Shown: positions 47,440 to 59,283, counted from the stretch's first letter. The stretch: DNA of 64,000 nucleotides from Anolis carolinensis (GCF_035594765.1 NC_085846.1:11457190-11521189), one strand, 5' to 3'. Notes: generated from the letters alone by a model not told the origin. Numbers and translations: made by a program.

Positions 47440-49110
47440 CCAGTACTGGAATACAGACTTTAATAATCTTTCCCATAGCTTTCCAGACATTTCAGATTGG
47501 TGACTTACTTCTTAGATATGCATCATTTCGCCACACAGTAATTGCCTTTGAAACACCACCCTGATCACTGAGTCACCATCGACCTACTGATTCAGAATAA
47601 TGGATAAATAAATAAGGGTGCATGTACACTGCAGAATGAGTGCCATTTGACTGCCATGGCTCAGTGCTATGAAATCTTTGGTAATTCTGCAGAGTAGATG
47701 TGTCCTAATTTTTTGCCTATGCAATGCTCAGAAACCCAATGTTTTGAGTGGTCCACATGAGTAGGATCCAGACATAGAAAAACCTAACTATGTATGACTT
47801 GAATGACTCAGCATGGATTGTGATTAGCTTGGAATTTCTCCCCCTTCATATCTGAATCAAATTATTCATTCTGACTCCTCTATAATAAACATATATCCCG
47901 TTGAAGCATAACACTCTCTTTTGTCCCTGTTAGTCTTCCTTCTGTTCTTTGGTTTCTTCTTCACTCACTACTTGCTAAGGAGGCCTTTAAGCATTTTCTC
48001 AAGGATGTCCCAAAAATCAAATAGGCCCCCCGAAAGTGGGAAGTAAGATGGAATTTGACCTCTGTTTAGGTTCATAACTATCAATGCAGTTCTTGCAGTG
48101 TCTCTGGAAAATGGTCAGGTTAGATTTCTAATCAAGGACCTTACTTACTTACTTACTTATGCAAGATCTTGTAAAATGCCTACATGATCTTGTCAGATTG
48201 TTTTGACATTATCCTGCTACTCCCATTCATAAAGTAGTTCTCTTTGCCTGGAAACCAATGTATAATTATCAAGAGTTTTCTAATTAGGTGCATTTTTGTC
48301 CTTAACCATGAACTATACAAAAAGATATCTGAATGCAGCTTCATTTAGAACTGAGTAAAGATATGGAAGTCGAAGTCATCCTGGAGGACCTAGAGATTCC
48401 TACAGATCACATTCCTAGAGATACAATCCATGAATAATCAAATTTGAAAGATGAAAACTGTAAATGTGAAGTATAATAAATACTTTAATTCCTTCAGAAA
48501 TCTTTTTAGTAAGAGAATGAGTTCACTGTCCTTGTTACATTCAGAGATGTCCAAATACTGACATAATGTTTCAGATAATACAAATGGAGGCTATGGCTGG
48601 ATTCCAGTATTGCAATTATGGATTTGTAACTGAGGATTATGCACCAGTGTCTATATTCAGTAGTTACATTGGAAATGTATGTAATTCAGTCCCAATCCAT
48701 TTTAAGAGACAAGGACCTGTGACTGGGATCCTGCTTATGACTGAAAGGCCCACTCACTGGTGGGAGGGGAGTGGACACATCTCCTCCTTGCAACCCGGTC
48801 AGAAGCTGGACCGGCTTCCTTCAACCTGATCCAGCAGCTGGCTTTTAAGGCGAACTGAGGCGATAGGCCAGGAGATCGTACTTAGTTATACATACTTAAC
48901 AAGTAACTGATCTGGGCCAAGATTTCAGGTGTTTTATAGTGGTGTCAACATTGAAGGGCTTTGTTATACGTATGGAATTGGAAAGATAAAAAGAACAATG
49001 CATTTCATCTCCCAATTTTTCCAAGACAAATAGCAAATTATGACAAGCTGTTTCCACATCTTCTCTGCTTTCCTCCTCCCAGGTTCCACTTTTTCCAGAC
49101 AGGCTTGACC

Positions 49111-49536
49111 ATGTATTTCAAGGGAGCGGGCCCTGTTCTCTTTGCACTCCTGGCCATTGCCTTCATTGTTGAGACCTATGCCGCCGACTATAAGACGTTC
49201 CTAGAGCACCACTACGACGGCCCCAAGAGCAACGTGGGGAAGAATTACTGTGATACCATGATGCAAAGACGTGGGATGACCAAACCCAACTGCAAGCCGG
49301 TGAACTCCTTCGTCCATACCACCAAGAATAATCTCAAAGGTGTATGTGGCAAGGGGGGGAAGGCTATCGCCAACGGGTTGCGGCGTAGCATCAAGCAGTT
49401 CTCTGTCACTACCTGCAAGCACCAAGGTGGCTCAACCCGCCCGCCTTGTAAATACAGAGAGAACAAGTCCAACAGATTCATTGATGTCCGTTGTGCAGGG
49501 AATCTGCCTGTTCACTATGATCAAGGCCATATCTAA
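49111..49536 (+). CDS. Canonical cationic RNase A-superfamily ribonuclease (gene 4), 141 aa
   Basis: Acceptor tcctcctcccAG at 49081-49082, with possible alternative AGs downstream. gaccATG, signal peptide, FLEHH, CKPVNSFVH, PVHYD and six Cys. AATAAA at 49819. Confidence 0.95.
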   Translation: MYFKGAGPVLFALLAIAFIVETYAADYKTFLEHHYDGPKSNVGKNYCDTMMQRRGMTKPNCKPVNSFVHTTKNNLKGVCGKGGKAIANGLRRSIKQFSVTTCKHQGGSTRPPCKYRENKSNRFIDVRCAGNLPVHYDQGHI

Positions 49537-49818
49537 CCATGTGAAGCTGTCGATGTTAAGCTTCACATGCCTCATGCAAGAATGATTGAGCCATTTCCTA
49601 CAAATTCATAGAAAAATGATCTTTGCTTTGTTAATCCAAGAGATTATTTTAACTAATGTTGATTTACTGTATCCTTTTTTCCTGCTTCTCTATCTCTGTG
49701 CCATCTTTGCTTCCATTTCATTTTTCCATACTGAAACTAAAAACGCATACGAAAACAAAGCCACCATCCTGTGTTTCCTTGTACTAAGCCATCCCTGTTG
49801 TCCTGTTGATTGCTGCTG

Positions 49819-49824
49819 AATAAA
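49819..49824 (+). terminator. Candidate polyadenylation signal of gene 4
   Basis: AATAAA, conserved at 53508-53513 (pseudogene 5) and as the variant AATACA at 57578-57583 (gene 6). Confidence 0.55.
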
Positions 49825-50359
49825 TGAACTAGGAAAGGCCTTTCAATTGTATGATGTTTTATTTAAACACACTCTTATCCATGGATACAGGGGGCCAACT
49901 ATACACATACACACACACACACACACAAAATGATTGGTGCTCTTTAGTTTTTACCCAGTTTGGGTCCCCAGATGTTATTGAACGACAACTCTCACCATTT
50001 CTGATTATTCATCATGGGGACTGGGAATAATATGAATTGCAACCCAACAGCACTTGTGGGTTTGAGGTTGAGGAAAGGTTAAATGACATTTTAAAATCAG
50101 ACTGCATATTCACAAGCCTTGTATCAGAATTCACACCTCCAACTTCCCAACTAAACAGAACAAATTGTAACCTTCTATACATTACTATATCCCAACTCCC
50201 ATCAGTTGCAGGCATGATGTCGAATGATAAGGAATACAGGATTTATAATCTATCATCTGAAGGACCACATAAAATGACACGGGCCAGATTCAGCCCATGG
50301 GCTTTTAGTTTGACACATATGCTCTAGCATAACCCATTACATAAGGTTATGACACTATA

Positions 50360-50687
50360 AGGTAAAGGTAAAGGTTTTCCCCTGACGTTAAGTCCAGTCA
50401 TGTCTGATTCTGGGGGTTGGTGCTCATCTTCATTTATAAGCCGAAGAGCCGGTGGCGTTGTCTGTAGATGCCTCCAAAGTCATGTGGCTGGCATGACTGC
50501 ATGGAGCGCTGTTACCTTCCCACAGAAGCAGTACCTATTGATCTACTCACATGTTTTTGTACTGCTAGGTTGGCAGAAGCTGGGGCTAATAGCGGGAGCT
50601 CACTCTGCCTGGATTCAAACTGCCAACCTTTCCATCAGCAAGTTCAGCAGCTCAGCGGCTTAATCCACTGCGCCACCAGGGGCTCCA
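50360..50687 (-). mobile_element. Sauria SINE, full length
   Basis: 12-bp TSD tatgacactata (50348/50688). Confidence 0.88.
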
Positions 50688-51541
50688 TATGACACTATAT
50701 ATAATTACAAAAATCTTAGATCTGGTACTTCCTCTGTTTCCGTCAAAATCCAAAGTAAGGTACGTCTTGGTCCATTTAGCTGTTCTCTCTTTTTTTGTCC
50801 AAAGCTTCGTTATTCTACATGCAACTGGAATCCATCCAGGCAATAGGCAGTAATTTTCTCATGTCCTGTAATACCAACAATGAAACCAAAACAAAACAAA
50901 ACCTCTCTAAAAGCTTTGCCATTAATCAAAAGGGAGAAAAATAGTACAAGTAAAACAACCAGAACGGAAGAGGAATTCAAACAAATAACCAACATATGAA
51001 GGGAAAAGGTTTGAAAGGCTAAGGCACAAAATGAGCTGAAGACCATGGGTTTTGCAGGACTGATTGTTTAGTTGGGACAAGCCTTGTACAATGTGTTGTC
51101 ATTTCTGTGCCTTATTTTTGGTATATTTTTAATGGTTTAGATTTTTTTAATCCCTTTTGGAAGTCACTTTGACTCCCAAACTTGGAAAAGGAAGAGAAAG
51201 TAATAATAGGAAAGAGGTTTGTGTTAAATGTGCGGTAATGTGTTAAATGAGTGGTAATGGCATGCATTTCTAGATCACATGGAGAAATATTCATATCAGC
51301 GATAAAACTGATCAATGGCAAGCATGTCATATGCTTCACCTTTGTGAGTTCATATCTATAGATTGAGAAACAGGAAGGCACCTGCAAGTTGAAGGAACCG
51401 GGACCATTTCTGAGAACTCAGAATGTAATGGCAAATAGACTGACCAATTTACATAGCTTGATTTCAGGTGCTTGGAATTTCTTGTAGGATCCCATAACGA
51501 TTTGTTAATCAGATAATAGGATGACACCATGCATGGCTTTC

Positions 51542-51575
51542 TATATATATATTATATACATTATACCAAGTAAGA
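51542..51575 (+). promoter_or_regulatory. Degenerate promoter/exon 1 of pseudogene 5 (exon body deleted)
   Basis: The TATA run is followed almost directly by cattataccaa|GTAAGA (51570). About 70 nt of exon 1 present in the other copies is missing. Confidence 0.65.
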
Positions 51576-52109
51576 GCAAAATGTTGTTATGCTTTTGAAT
51601 GAACTAATCTCTAGCGTTCAAGTGATGATGTTCGATTAGTCATCAGAGGAACTGGAGGTTTTTTTTAGGCTAGCAGGAGAAATGATTCTATGAGTTGCAG
51701 ATACACAAATTCATCATTCCTGTTGTTGGACAATATCTTCCACCATCCTTGTCTGTAGTTATAGTTGATTTTGCCTAATGAGGATTAACAACTTCGAAAG
51801 GCCTAAGGGTTTATCACTTTTTAGTTACTTCTGCGTATGTATGAATGTACTTTCTTACAACCTAACAACTGTATACAATATTTTACTGCTTCATGCAAAA
51901 CTGGAAAGATTCTATACTAGTACTAGAATCCAAACTTTAATCATCTAACCCAGAGATTTCCAGGTATTTCAGGTTGGTGACTCACCTCTTAGATGTGCAT
52001 CATTTTGCCACACAGCAAATCAGTTTTACTCCCAAACCGGAGGTTAAACAATCCCTTATAAGAGATTTATGACCTCTTCACACTCGGCAAAATGACCCAT
52101 TTTGTCACT

Positions 52110-53028
52110 TTCTTCTCTCTTTTTTGATATATATTTTTATTGTGGTTTTCAAGAATATACAGCAAGAGAGTGAGAACAAGTTTTTTTTTAAAAAAAAAGA
52201 ATGAAGAAAAGTGAAGAAAAACAAGAGAAAGAAATAGCCAATCACCCCCCCCCATACCTATCTATCTACCTTGTGTAGAATTCTACAAAAAAGAGAAGAA
52301 AAAAGAAAAAAGGGAAAAACCTTTAGAATAAAAAAGTAAAATAAAATGTTGTTGACTTCCATTCCTCTTCCTTTAATCTTATATATCATTAAAAATCATA
52401 AGAAAGCATTTTCCTGTCTCTCTAAGTTCCATCTTTCATTCAATTATTCATTTTTTTTGTCCATCTTTATGTAATTCTCCAACATTGTCCAGTCCTTTCT
52501 TTTAATTCCCTTTCCATTACTCTGTTTCAGCATATATGTCAATTTGTCCATGTCTTTTATCTCCATAACTTTGTCTATCCATTGTATCTTAGTAGGGACT
52601 GAATCTTGTTTCCAAAACTTGGCAAACACCATTCTGGCTGCTGTCGTAAAAAATGTAAACAACTTATCTATGTTTAAGTCCCCAAAGAAGTCAGCATCAA
52701 ACATGCCTAAAAGATACATTTCCGGTTTCATTGGGAAATCTCTTTTTAGTATTTTTTTACATTCATTGTGTATTAATCTCCAAAATTCAGCAGTTTTTTC
52801 GCATGACCACCACATGTGGTAATATGTACCCTCATGTGGCTTATATTTCCAACATTTTTGATCAACGTTTTTGTACATTATTCCTAACTTTTTGGGCGTT
52901 AGATACCAACGGTGAAGCATCTTGAGCCAATTTTCTTTTAAATCAGTTGCGTATGTGTATTTTAATCGTTTATTCCAAATTTGTTCCCACTCACTCAGAT
53001 TAATAGTTCTTCCAATGTTTCTTGCCCA
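52110..53028 (-). mobile_element. L1 LINE 3' fragment (ORF2 C-terminal Cys-rich region plus 3' UTR)
   Basis: WLKMLHRWYLTP...CWK...GTYYHMWWSC...FW motif. Minus-strand AATAAA and A-rich tail at about 52120-52141. No TSD visible. Confidence 0.85.
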
Positions 53029-53226
53029 GCTGTATGTGGCAATGAAGGGAAGCCTTACAGCAACGGGTTGCGGCAGAGCATCAAGCAGTTTTCTGTCACT
53101 ATCTGCAAGCACCAAGGTGGCTCAACTTGCCCACCTTGTAAATACAACGAGAACAAATCCAACAGATTCATTGATGTCTGCTGTGCAGGGGGAAAGCTTG
53201 TTCACTATGACCAAGGCCAAATCTAA
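53029..53226 (+). pseudogene. RNase A pseudogene (gene 5), C-terminal half only, truncated by an antisense L1 fragment
   Basis: AVCGNEGKPYSNGLRQSIKQFSVTICKHQGGSTCPPCKYNENKSNRFIDVCCAGGKLVHYDQGQI* aligns to genes 4 and 6. The 3' UTR is near-identical to gene 4. Signal peptide, His12 and Lys41 regions are missing and replaced by L1 sequence. Confidence 0.92.
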
Positions 53227-54329
53227 CCATGTGAAGCTGTCAATGTTATGCTTCACATACCTCATGCAAGAATGATTGAGCCATTTACTGCCAATTCACA
53301 GAAAAATTATCTTTGGTTTGTAAAACTGAGAGATTATTTTAGCTAATTTTAATTTACTGTATCTTTTTTCCTGCTTCTCTATCTCTGTGCCATCTTTGCT
53401 TCCATTTCATTTTTCCATACTGCAACAAAAAAAGCATACAAAAACAAAGCCAGAATCCTGTGTTTCCTTATACTAAGCCATCCCTGTTATCCTGTTGATT
53501 GGTGCTAAATAAATGAACAAGGAAAAGCTTTTTGATTGTACGGTGTTTTACTTAAGCACATTCTTATGCTCAAATAGGGGAACAATTTCTTGAACTCAGA
53601 AGGCACATTAAATCCAATCCTTTCTTCACTGGGAGGTGGGGTGTGAAGTCTATCTTCTCAGTCAACAGAATTTTCCCATTTTGCCTCTCTTATAATCTAC
53701 ACTCAGCAGGTGCCACTGTTTTATTATCAATCCCTCCACTGAATCAGGTTAATGAGCTATTAGTTTTGTTGGTTAAATTAAAATATTTCTGTTTTGGACA
53801 TTAGGGGCTCATTTTCAACAAGGGCCTCACCTGCCTTCTGGTTGCCTTCAAAGGGCTGTTTAATCCATTACTGGAGAATCCATTGATACAAAGGGTCAAC
53901 TATACATAATATTTGGTGCTCTTAAATTTTCACATAGTTTGTGTCCCAGATGTCATTGAATGGCAACTCTCATGATTTCTGATTATCCACCATGGGGACT
54001 GGGGATAATATGAGTTACAACCCAACAGCGCTTGTGGCTCTGAGGTTGACGAAAGGTTAAAGGGCATTTAAAAGTCAGACTTCATATTCACAAGCCTTGT
54101 ATCAGAGTTCACACTTCTAATGTCCTAACTAAGTAAAGCAAACTGTGGCCTTCCATACATTACTGCATCCCAGCTTCCATCAGCTCTAGTCATGATGTCA
54201 AATGATGAGGAATAGAGAGGTTGTATTCTCATATCTGGAGGAACACATAAAATGACATGGGCCAGATTCAGCCCCAGGGCCTTTTGCCACATATGCTTTA
54301 GAATTACCCATTACATGAGGGTAATTCTA

Positions 54330-54882
54330 TCTATATATATAAAAGAGTGATGGAATCAGGGCACCGGACAAAACAACAAAACTATAGCCCCCCCCCCAAC
54401 CTTGAAATCTGACAACACAACCCCTCATCCATGCCTCTGCGTTCATACAACAAAAAGAAAAGAAAAATAAAGTCCTAATTAGAGGGAGGGGAATAATTGT
54501 TTTTATCCAATTGCTGCCAGTTAGAAGGCTAAGCTCCGCCCACTTGGTCTCCCAGCAACCTACTCAGCCCAGGGGACAGGCAGACTTAGGCCTCATTTAG
54601 GCCTCTTCTACATATTATCTAATTTGCACTGGATTATATGGCACTTTAGACTCAAGGCCCTTCCACACAGCTATATAACCCATTTAGAATCTTATATGAT
54701 CTGCTTTGAACTGGATTATCTTGACTCCACACTGCCATATAATCCACTTCAGTGTGCATTTGATACAGCTATGAAGAAGGGGCCTCATATAATCCAGTTC
54801 TAAGCAGATCATATAAGATTATCAATATACAGTACAGTCTCACCATACTTTGCCACAGCAACGCGTGGCCAGATACAGCTAG
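54330..54882 (+). mobile_element. Non-autonomous Helitron
   Basis: A|TCTATATATATAAAAG...GCCACAGCAACGCGTGGCC...CTAG|T. The 5' about 210 bp is shared with 32577-33150. Confidence 0.8.
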
Positions 54883-55647
54883 TACTATATATAATTACAA
54901 AAAGTCTTAGATCTGTACCTCCTCTGTTTCTGACAAAATTCAAAGTAAGATAAGTCTTGGTCCATTTAGCTGTTCTCTCGTTTTTTTGTTCAAAGCTAAA
55001 TTATTCTAAATGCAATTGGAACCCATCTAGACAATAGGCAGCAATTGTCTTATGTCCTGTAATAGCAACAAACAAACAAAACAAAACAAGCAGGTCACTG
55101 TAGGATGACATGAACAACTTCCAGAAGTATGCTTGACTTTTCCCTCTGATCCCTGAAACCCGCTTTCATAGCCAATCGTTCATCCTGTGTAATTGGTCAT
55201 CTATTCAACATATGGAATCCAACTAGAATGGGGATTGAAACTTACTGCAACGTGGCTCATGGGGAAATGAGAAAAATATGGACAAAATAAGACAGCAGTT
55301 TATCTAAAAATCTGCAGTAATATGTGATAAATAGGGGGATGGCACCATTTCAATGGAACATGAAGAAATATTGGTGTCAAGTATAACCCTAACCAGTGGA
55401 AAACAACTCATATGTTTCATCATTATGGACTTGTGTAGAGACTGAGATTAAGAAATAGGTAGATGTCTGAAAGTAGAAGGAATGGGGAACCCTTAACCCT
55501 TTTTGAAGAATTTGAAGTGAATTGGAAAATATCTCAACCTTTGTTTCATTTACACAATCTAGGAACTTTTGGTGTTAGGCATTTCCTGTGAGAGATCCCA
55601 TAACAATTTTTGCTATCAATGGATGGTGGCAACCTATTAGATTTCTC

Positions 55648-55749
55648 TATATAAGGATTCTGTGGCAAAAGGAGACTCAGAGAGAAACACAGACCGAAAG
55701 AAGACATTTGGACCCATCCTGTGAGAGACAACATCTAAATCAGGTAAGT
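55648..55749 (+). promoter_or_regulatory. TATA box, non-coding exon 1 and donor of gene 6
   Basis: TATATAA at 55648. The exon resembles gene 4 exon 1 (ctcagagag, gacatttgga, gagacaac). CAG|GTAAGT at 55744. Confidence 0.7.
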
Positions 55750-55852
55750 GGAATAGGTAGTTAGTTATTCTCTGGTGAAGGGGACACAGATTTATCAATC
55801 TCAAGTTTCCTCAGTCTGTGTGCATCACTTCTTATGACTCATTTTTGTTATA

Positions 55853-56110
55853 TGGAGCCACGGTGGCACAATGAGTTAAATCCTTGTGAACTGCTGACCT
55901 GAAGGTTGGGTTGCTGACCTGAAGGTTGCCAGTTTGAATCTGCAAGACGGAGTGAGCTTCCATCTGTCAGCTCTAGCTTGCAGGGACATGAAAGAAGCCT
56001 CTCAATAACACATCCGGGAGTCCCCTGGGCAACATCTCTGTACGGTCAATGTTCTCACACCAGAAGTGACTTGCAGCATGTATTCAAGTCACTTCTGACA
56101 TGATAAAAAA
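55853..56110 (+). mobile_element. tRNA-derived SINE (family of 1092) in the gene 6 intron
   Basis: ggagccacggtggc head and ctgacatgataaaaaaa tail. Confidence 0.75.
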
Positions 56111-56416
56111 ATCTTATATTCATTGTTTGACATTCTTTCTTATTTTAGCCAAAGCAGGAGACAGTATTCAGTCATAGAATTCAATAATCTAACTCTTTTC
56201 AGGAGTTAGAACACAGTTTCTTGTGTCCTTTCAGTATCTAAGTTTCTGCAAAAAAAATCACAAATAAACATGGTCAAAAGCAAAGTTTTACAGTTGATAT
56301 TCAACTGTTGAATAAACATTTTCCATGTTTTTATGGTAGAATCAATTGGGAAATGACATTTATAACCCAAAAATAAAAATCGTGTTACATAAGTGTATTA
56401 TTTAGTTTTGGAATTA

Positions 56417-56739
56417 CAGTAGAGTCTCACTTATCCAACATAAACGGGCCAGCAGAACATTGGATAAGCTAATATTTTGGATAATAAGAAGGGATTAAGG
56501 AAAAACCTATTAAACATCAAATTAGGTTATGATTTTATAAATTAAGCACCAAAACATAATGTTATACAACAAATTTGACAGAAAAAGTAGTTCAATATCC
56601 AGTAATGCTAAGTAGTAATTGCTGTATTTATGAATTTAGCACCAAAATATCACGATGTATTGAAAACGTTGACTAGAAAAATGCGTTGGATAATCCAGAA
56701 TGTTGGATAAGCGAGTGTTGGATAAGTGAGACTCTACTG
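56417..56739. mobile_element. Tigger/pogo-like MITE, 323 bp, in the gene 6 intron
   Basis: Same TIRs, length and TA TSD as 14136-14458. Confidence 0.88.
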
Positions 56740-56913
56740 TACTGGGCAATCTACTGTTGAATGTAGACTGCCCGAGTTGTATTTTCCTTTACAACTATGA
56801 ATTTGTAAAGGAAATTTTCAAGAACAGTGTGCTCTACTGTCAACTGTTCCTTTTCCACATTATCTTTGCTTTTTCCCCTGCCAGGGAGCTCTTTTTCTCC
56901 ACCAGACCTGACA

Positions 56914-57339
56914 ATGCATTTCAAGGGAGCGGGCCCTGTTCTCTTTGCACTCCTGGCCATGGTGTTCATCGTTGGGACCTATGCCGCTGACTATAAGACC
57001 TTCCTAAGGCAGCACTACGACAACCCCAAGAGCAACGTGGGGAAGCGTTACTGCGATACCATGATGAAAAGGCGTGGGATGACCAAACCCATGTGCAAGG
57101 CGGTGAACTCCTTCGTCCATGCTTCCAAGAAACAAATCATTGCTGTGTGTGGCAAAGACGGGAAGCCTTACGGCAACGGGTTGCGGCGTAGCAAGAAGCA
57201 GTTCTCCGTCACTACCTGCAAGCACCAAGGTGGCTCAACCCGCCCACCTTGTAAATACAAAGAGAACAAGTCCAACAGATACATTGTTGTCCGTTGCTCA
57301 CGTGGAAAGCCTGTTCATCTTGATAAAACCCAAATCTAA
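56914..57339 (+). CDS. Canonical, highly cationic RNase A-superfamily ribonuclease (gene 6), 141 aa
   Basis: Acceptor ttttcccctgccAG at 56883-56884. Signal peptide, FLRQH, CKAVNSFVH, PVHLD and six Cys. Paralogue of gene 4. Confidence 0.95.
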   Translation: MHFKGAGPVLFALLAMVFIVGTYAADYKTFLRQHYDNPKSNVGKRYCDTMMKRRGMTKPMCKAVNSFVHASKKQIIAVCGKDGKPYGNGLRRSKKQFSVTTCKHQGGSTRPPCKYKENKSNRYIVVRCSRGKPVHLDKTQI

Positions 57340-58826
57340 CCATGTGAGGTTGTCAGTTGTATGCTTAACCTGTGATTAAATTAGAGTAACTGAGCCTATA
57401 AACCTATGAGATTACTTTAACCAATGTTGATTAATTGCATCCTTTTTTTCCGCTTCTCCATTCCTAAGCTATCTTTATTTCCATTTCATCTTTCAATATT
57501 GAATCTAAAAATGCATATGAAAACAAAGTCTGAGTTTCCTTCTAGTATGTCATTCGTGTCTATCCTGATTTGTGCTAAATACATAAACTTGGAAAGCATT
57601 TCAATTGTGTGGAGTTTTTTTTTCATTGATTGGGTTCAGTGTACATGAACATGTCAACATGTCATCTTTCAAGTGAAGCAGATTCTTAAGCTGCTCTACA
57701 GTTGACTTAAGGAGCCCTTTATCTTTTAATAAGATAAGTTTTTACTGTTTCCAAGAGTGTGGTGCAGTTCCGCAATGCTAACTCAGAGCTGATTGTCTAT
57801 ATTGGATTAAACCTGACGCAAACTTAAGCTCAGTCGGATTGCAAACAATCAAAGCATTTCTTGCAACGTCACTGGCAAAAGCTCAGGGTGGGCTTCTTAA
57901 TCAAAGAATTAGGAATGGAGAGAACATTTTAAAATAAGGAAACATTGTTGAAAAATATGATTTTCAATTTTTGGAAAACCCTAATGAAAAGAATCCTACA
58001 GTGATCAGAATATTCACAGTTTGGGACTAATTGTGTACAAAATTCACACATGGTTGTTTTTGCATAGAAATCTCATTTCCTGTGCAAAAAAAGGATATAG
58101 CCTCCAAAAATACAATTTTGTGCATATTTAAATTTTGGACAGAATTAGTCATGAATTGCTAATATTTAGGTAGATTTAAGGTCTTGTCAAAAATGCTCAC
58201 ATTGCCCATTCATGGTCGCAGCTCTATTCTGCTCCTCTCATACTGATTCTTGTTGGTTAAACTCAAAGAACTGATCCAATATGTTTACTCAAAATTAAGG
58301 ACACGATTTAGAGCTCAGAATGAATTCTAGGCTTCCTTTATCTGGTTATCAGCCTATAATTATCAGAGTTATTGCAGACATTAAATCTATATTATTATTC
58401 TTGACCATGGGCCAAACCACATTAGAATCCAAGCAAACACAGTACCTCTTAAATGAGAACTGGAGTAAGATAGTCTAATAACTAATTAACTATTCAACAG
58501 TAGTCTCGTTACTAAATAGTTTATGCCAGATAAGACAGGAATGTCTCGATTATTATTTGCCGAAAGGCTATATCAGTCCTTGCTGGATCTGCTCACTAAT
58601 TCTTTACTCTGTGTTTGCTGATGAAAGGCCCTGTGCTTTTGTTTTGACTTTACTTTAGCGCAAGGGTAGGGATCGTGTATCATCTATATTCATGCACAAG
58701 TCAACCTCATGTATAAGTTGAGGGCAGATATGGAGGGGCACAAAATATAGGTTTTCTTATGAACTGTGGATAAATCAAGCGTCATTCCATGGAAAGGGGA
58801 TTTAGGTACAGTATTTGCACTGAGCA

Positions 58827-59283
58827 AAGGAAGGGCTTCATGAGAACCACCACTCCTCTTGATGTCCCCCCAGCAACAGCAAGGGTGTCTCTCTGGGCAG
58901 CTAAACCTGGCAATTCTAACTGGATGGCCCCCCAAGAGGGTCTTCCTCCAGGGGCAAACCAAGAATGGGCAACTTGGAAGTCCCTGAACAGACTCAGAAG
59001 TGGAGTGGGCAGATCAAAAGACAACTTGGCAAGGTGGCACTACCTGGAGGAATCCTCCACCTTGTGTGACTGTGGAACTGAACAAACAACTCAGCATATG
59101 TATGCTTGCCCACAATGCCCTGCCTCATATACAGAGGAGGAGTTGTTTAAAGCTACAGACAATGTGGTTGCTGTTGCCCGCCTTTGGTCCAAAACTATTT
59201 AGTTGCTTGTGATTTTCTTTTTTTAAAATTTCCATTATTTGAAATGTATTTGTGGTACAATGCTTTTGACACGAAATAAATAA
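58827..59283 (+). mobile_element. Vingi/Ingi-type LINE 3' fragment
   Basis: WKSLNRLRSGVGR...CDCG..QTTQH...CP zinc-knuckle C-terminus. tttgacacg(AAAT)n tail and 8-bp TSD actgagca. Confidence 0.75.

Larger units (their letters stand above)
46230..55090 (+). repeat. Tandem segmental duplication 2: gene 4 unit about 46230-50900, pseudogene 5 unit about 51035-55090 (third, promoter-only copy at 37720-39190)
   Basis: Promoter and intron starts align across three copies. The 3' UTR and flank 49540-50900 align with 53230-55090. Confidence 0.88.

Noticed and set aside
48961-49110. N-terminal extensions on RNase ORFs in the ORF track (48961, 16963, 56827, 10058, 4148)
   Set aside because: They start at non-ATG codons or run through the intronic polypyrimidine tract and acceptor. 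The true starts are the ATGs preceding the signal peptides.
52444-53115. 223-aa ORF apparently fusing antisense RNase sequence to an L1 domain
   Set aside because: A chance open frame across the L1/pseudogene junction. It has a non-ATG start and no promoter evidence.
58555-58635. Hammerhead ribozyme-like words (gccgaaaggc, ctgatga)
   Set aside because: The core elements are not in a compatible order with flanking stems.
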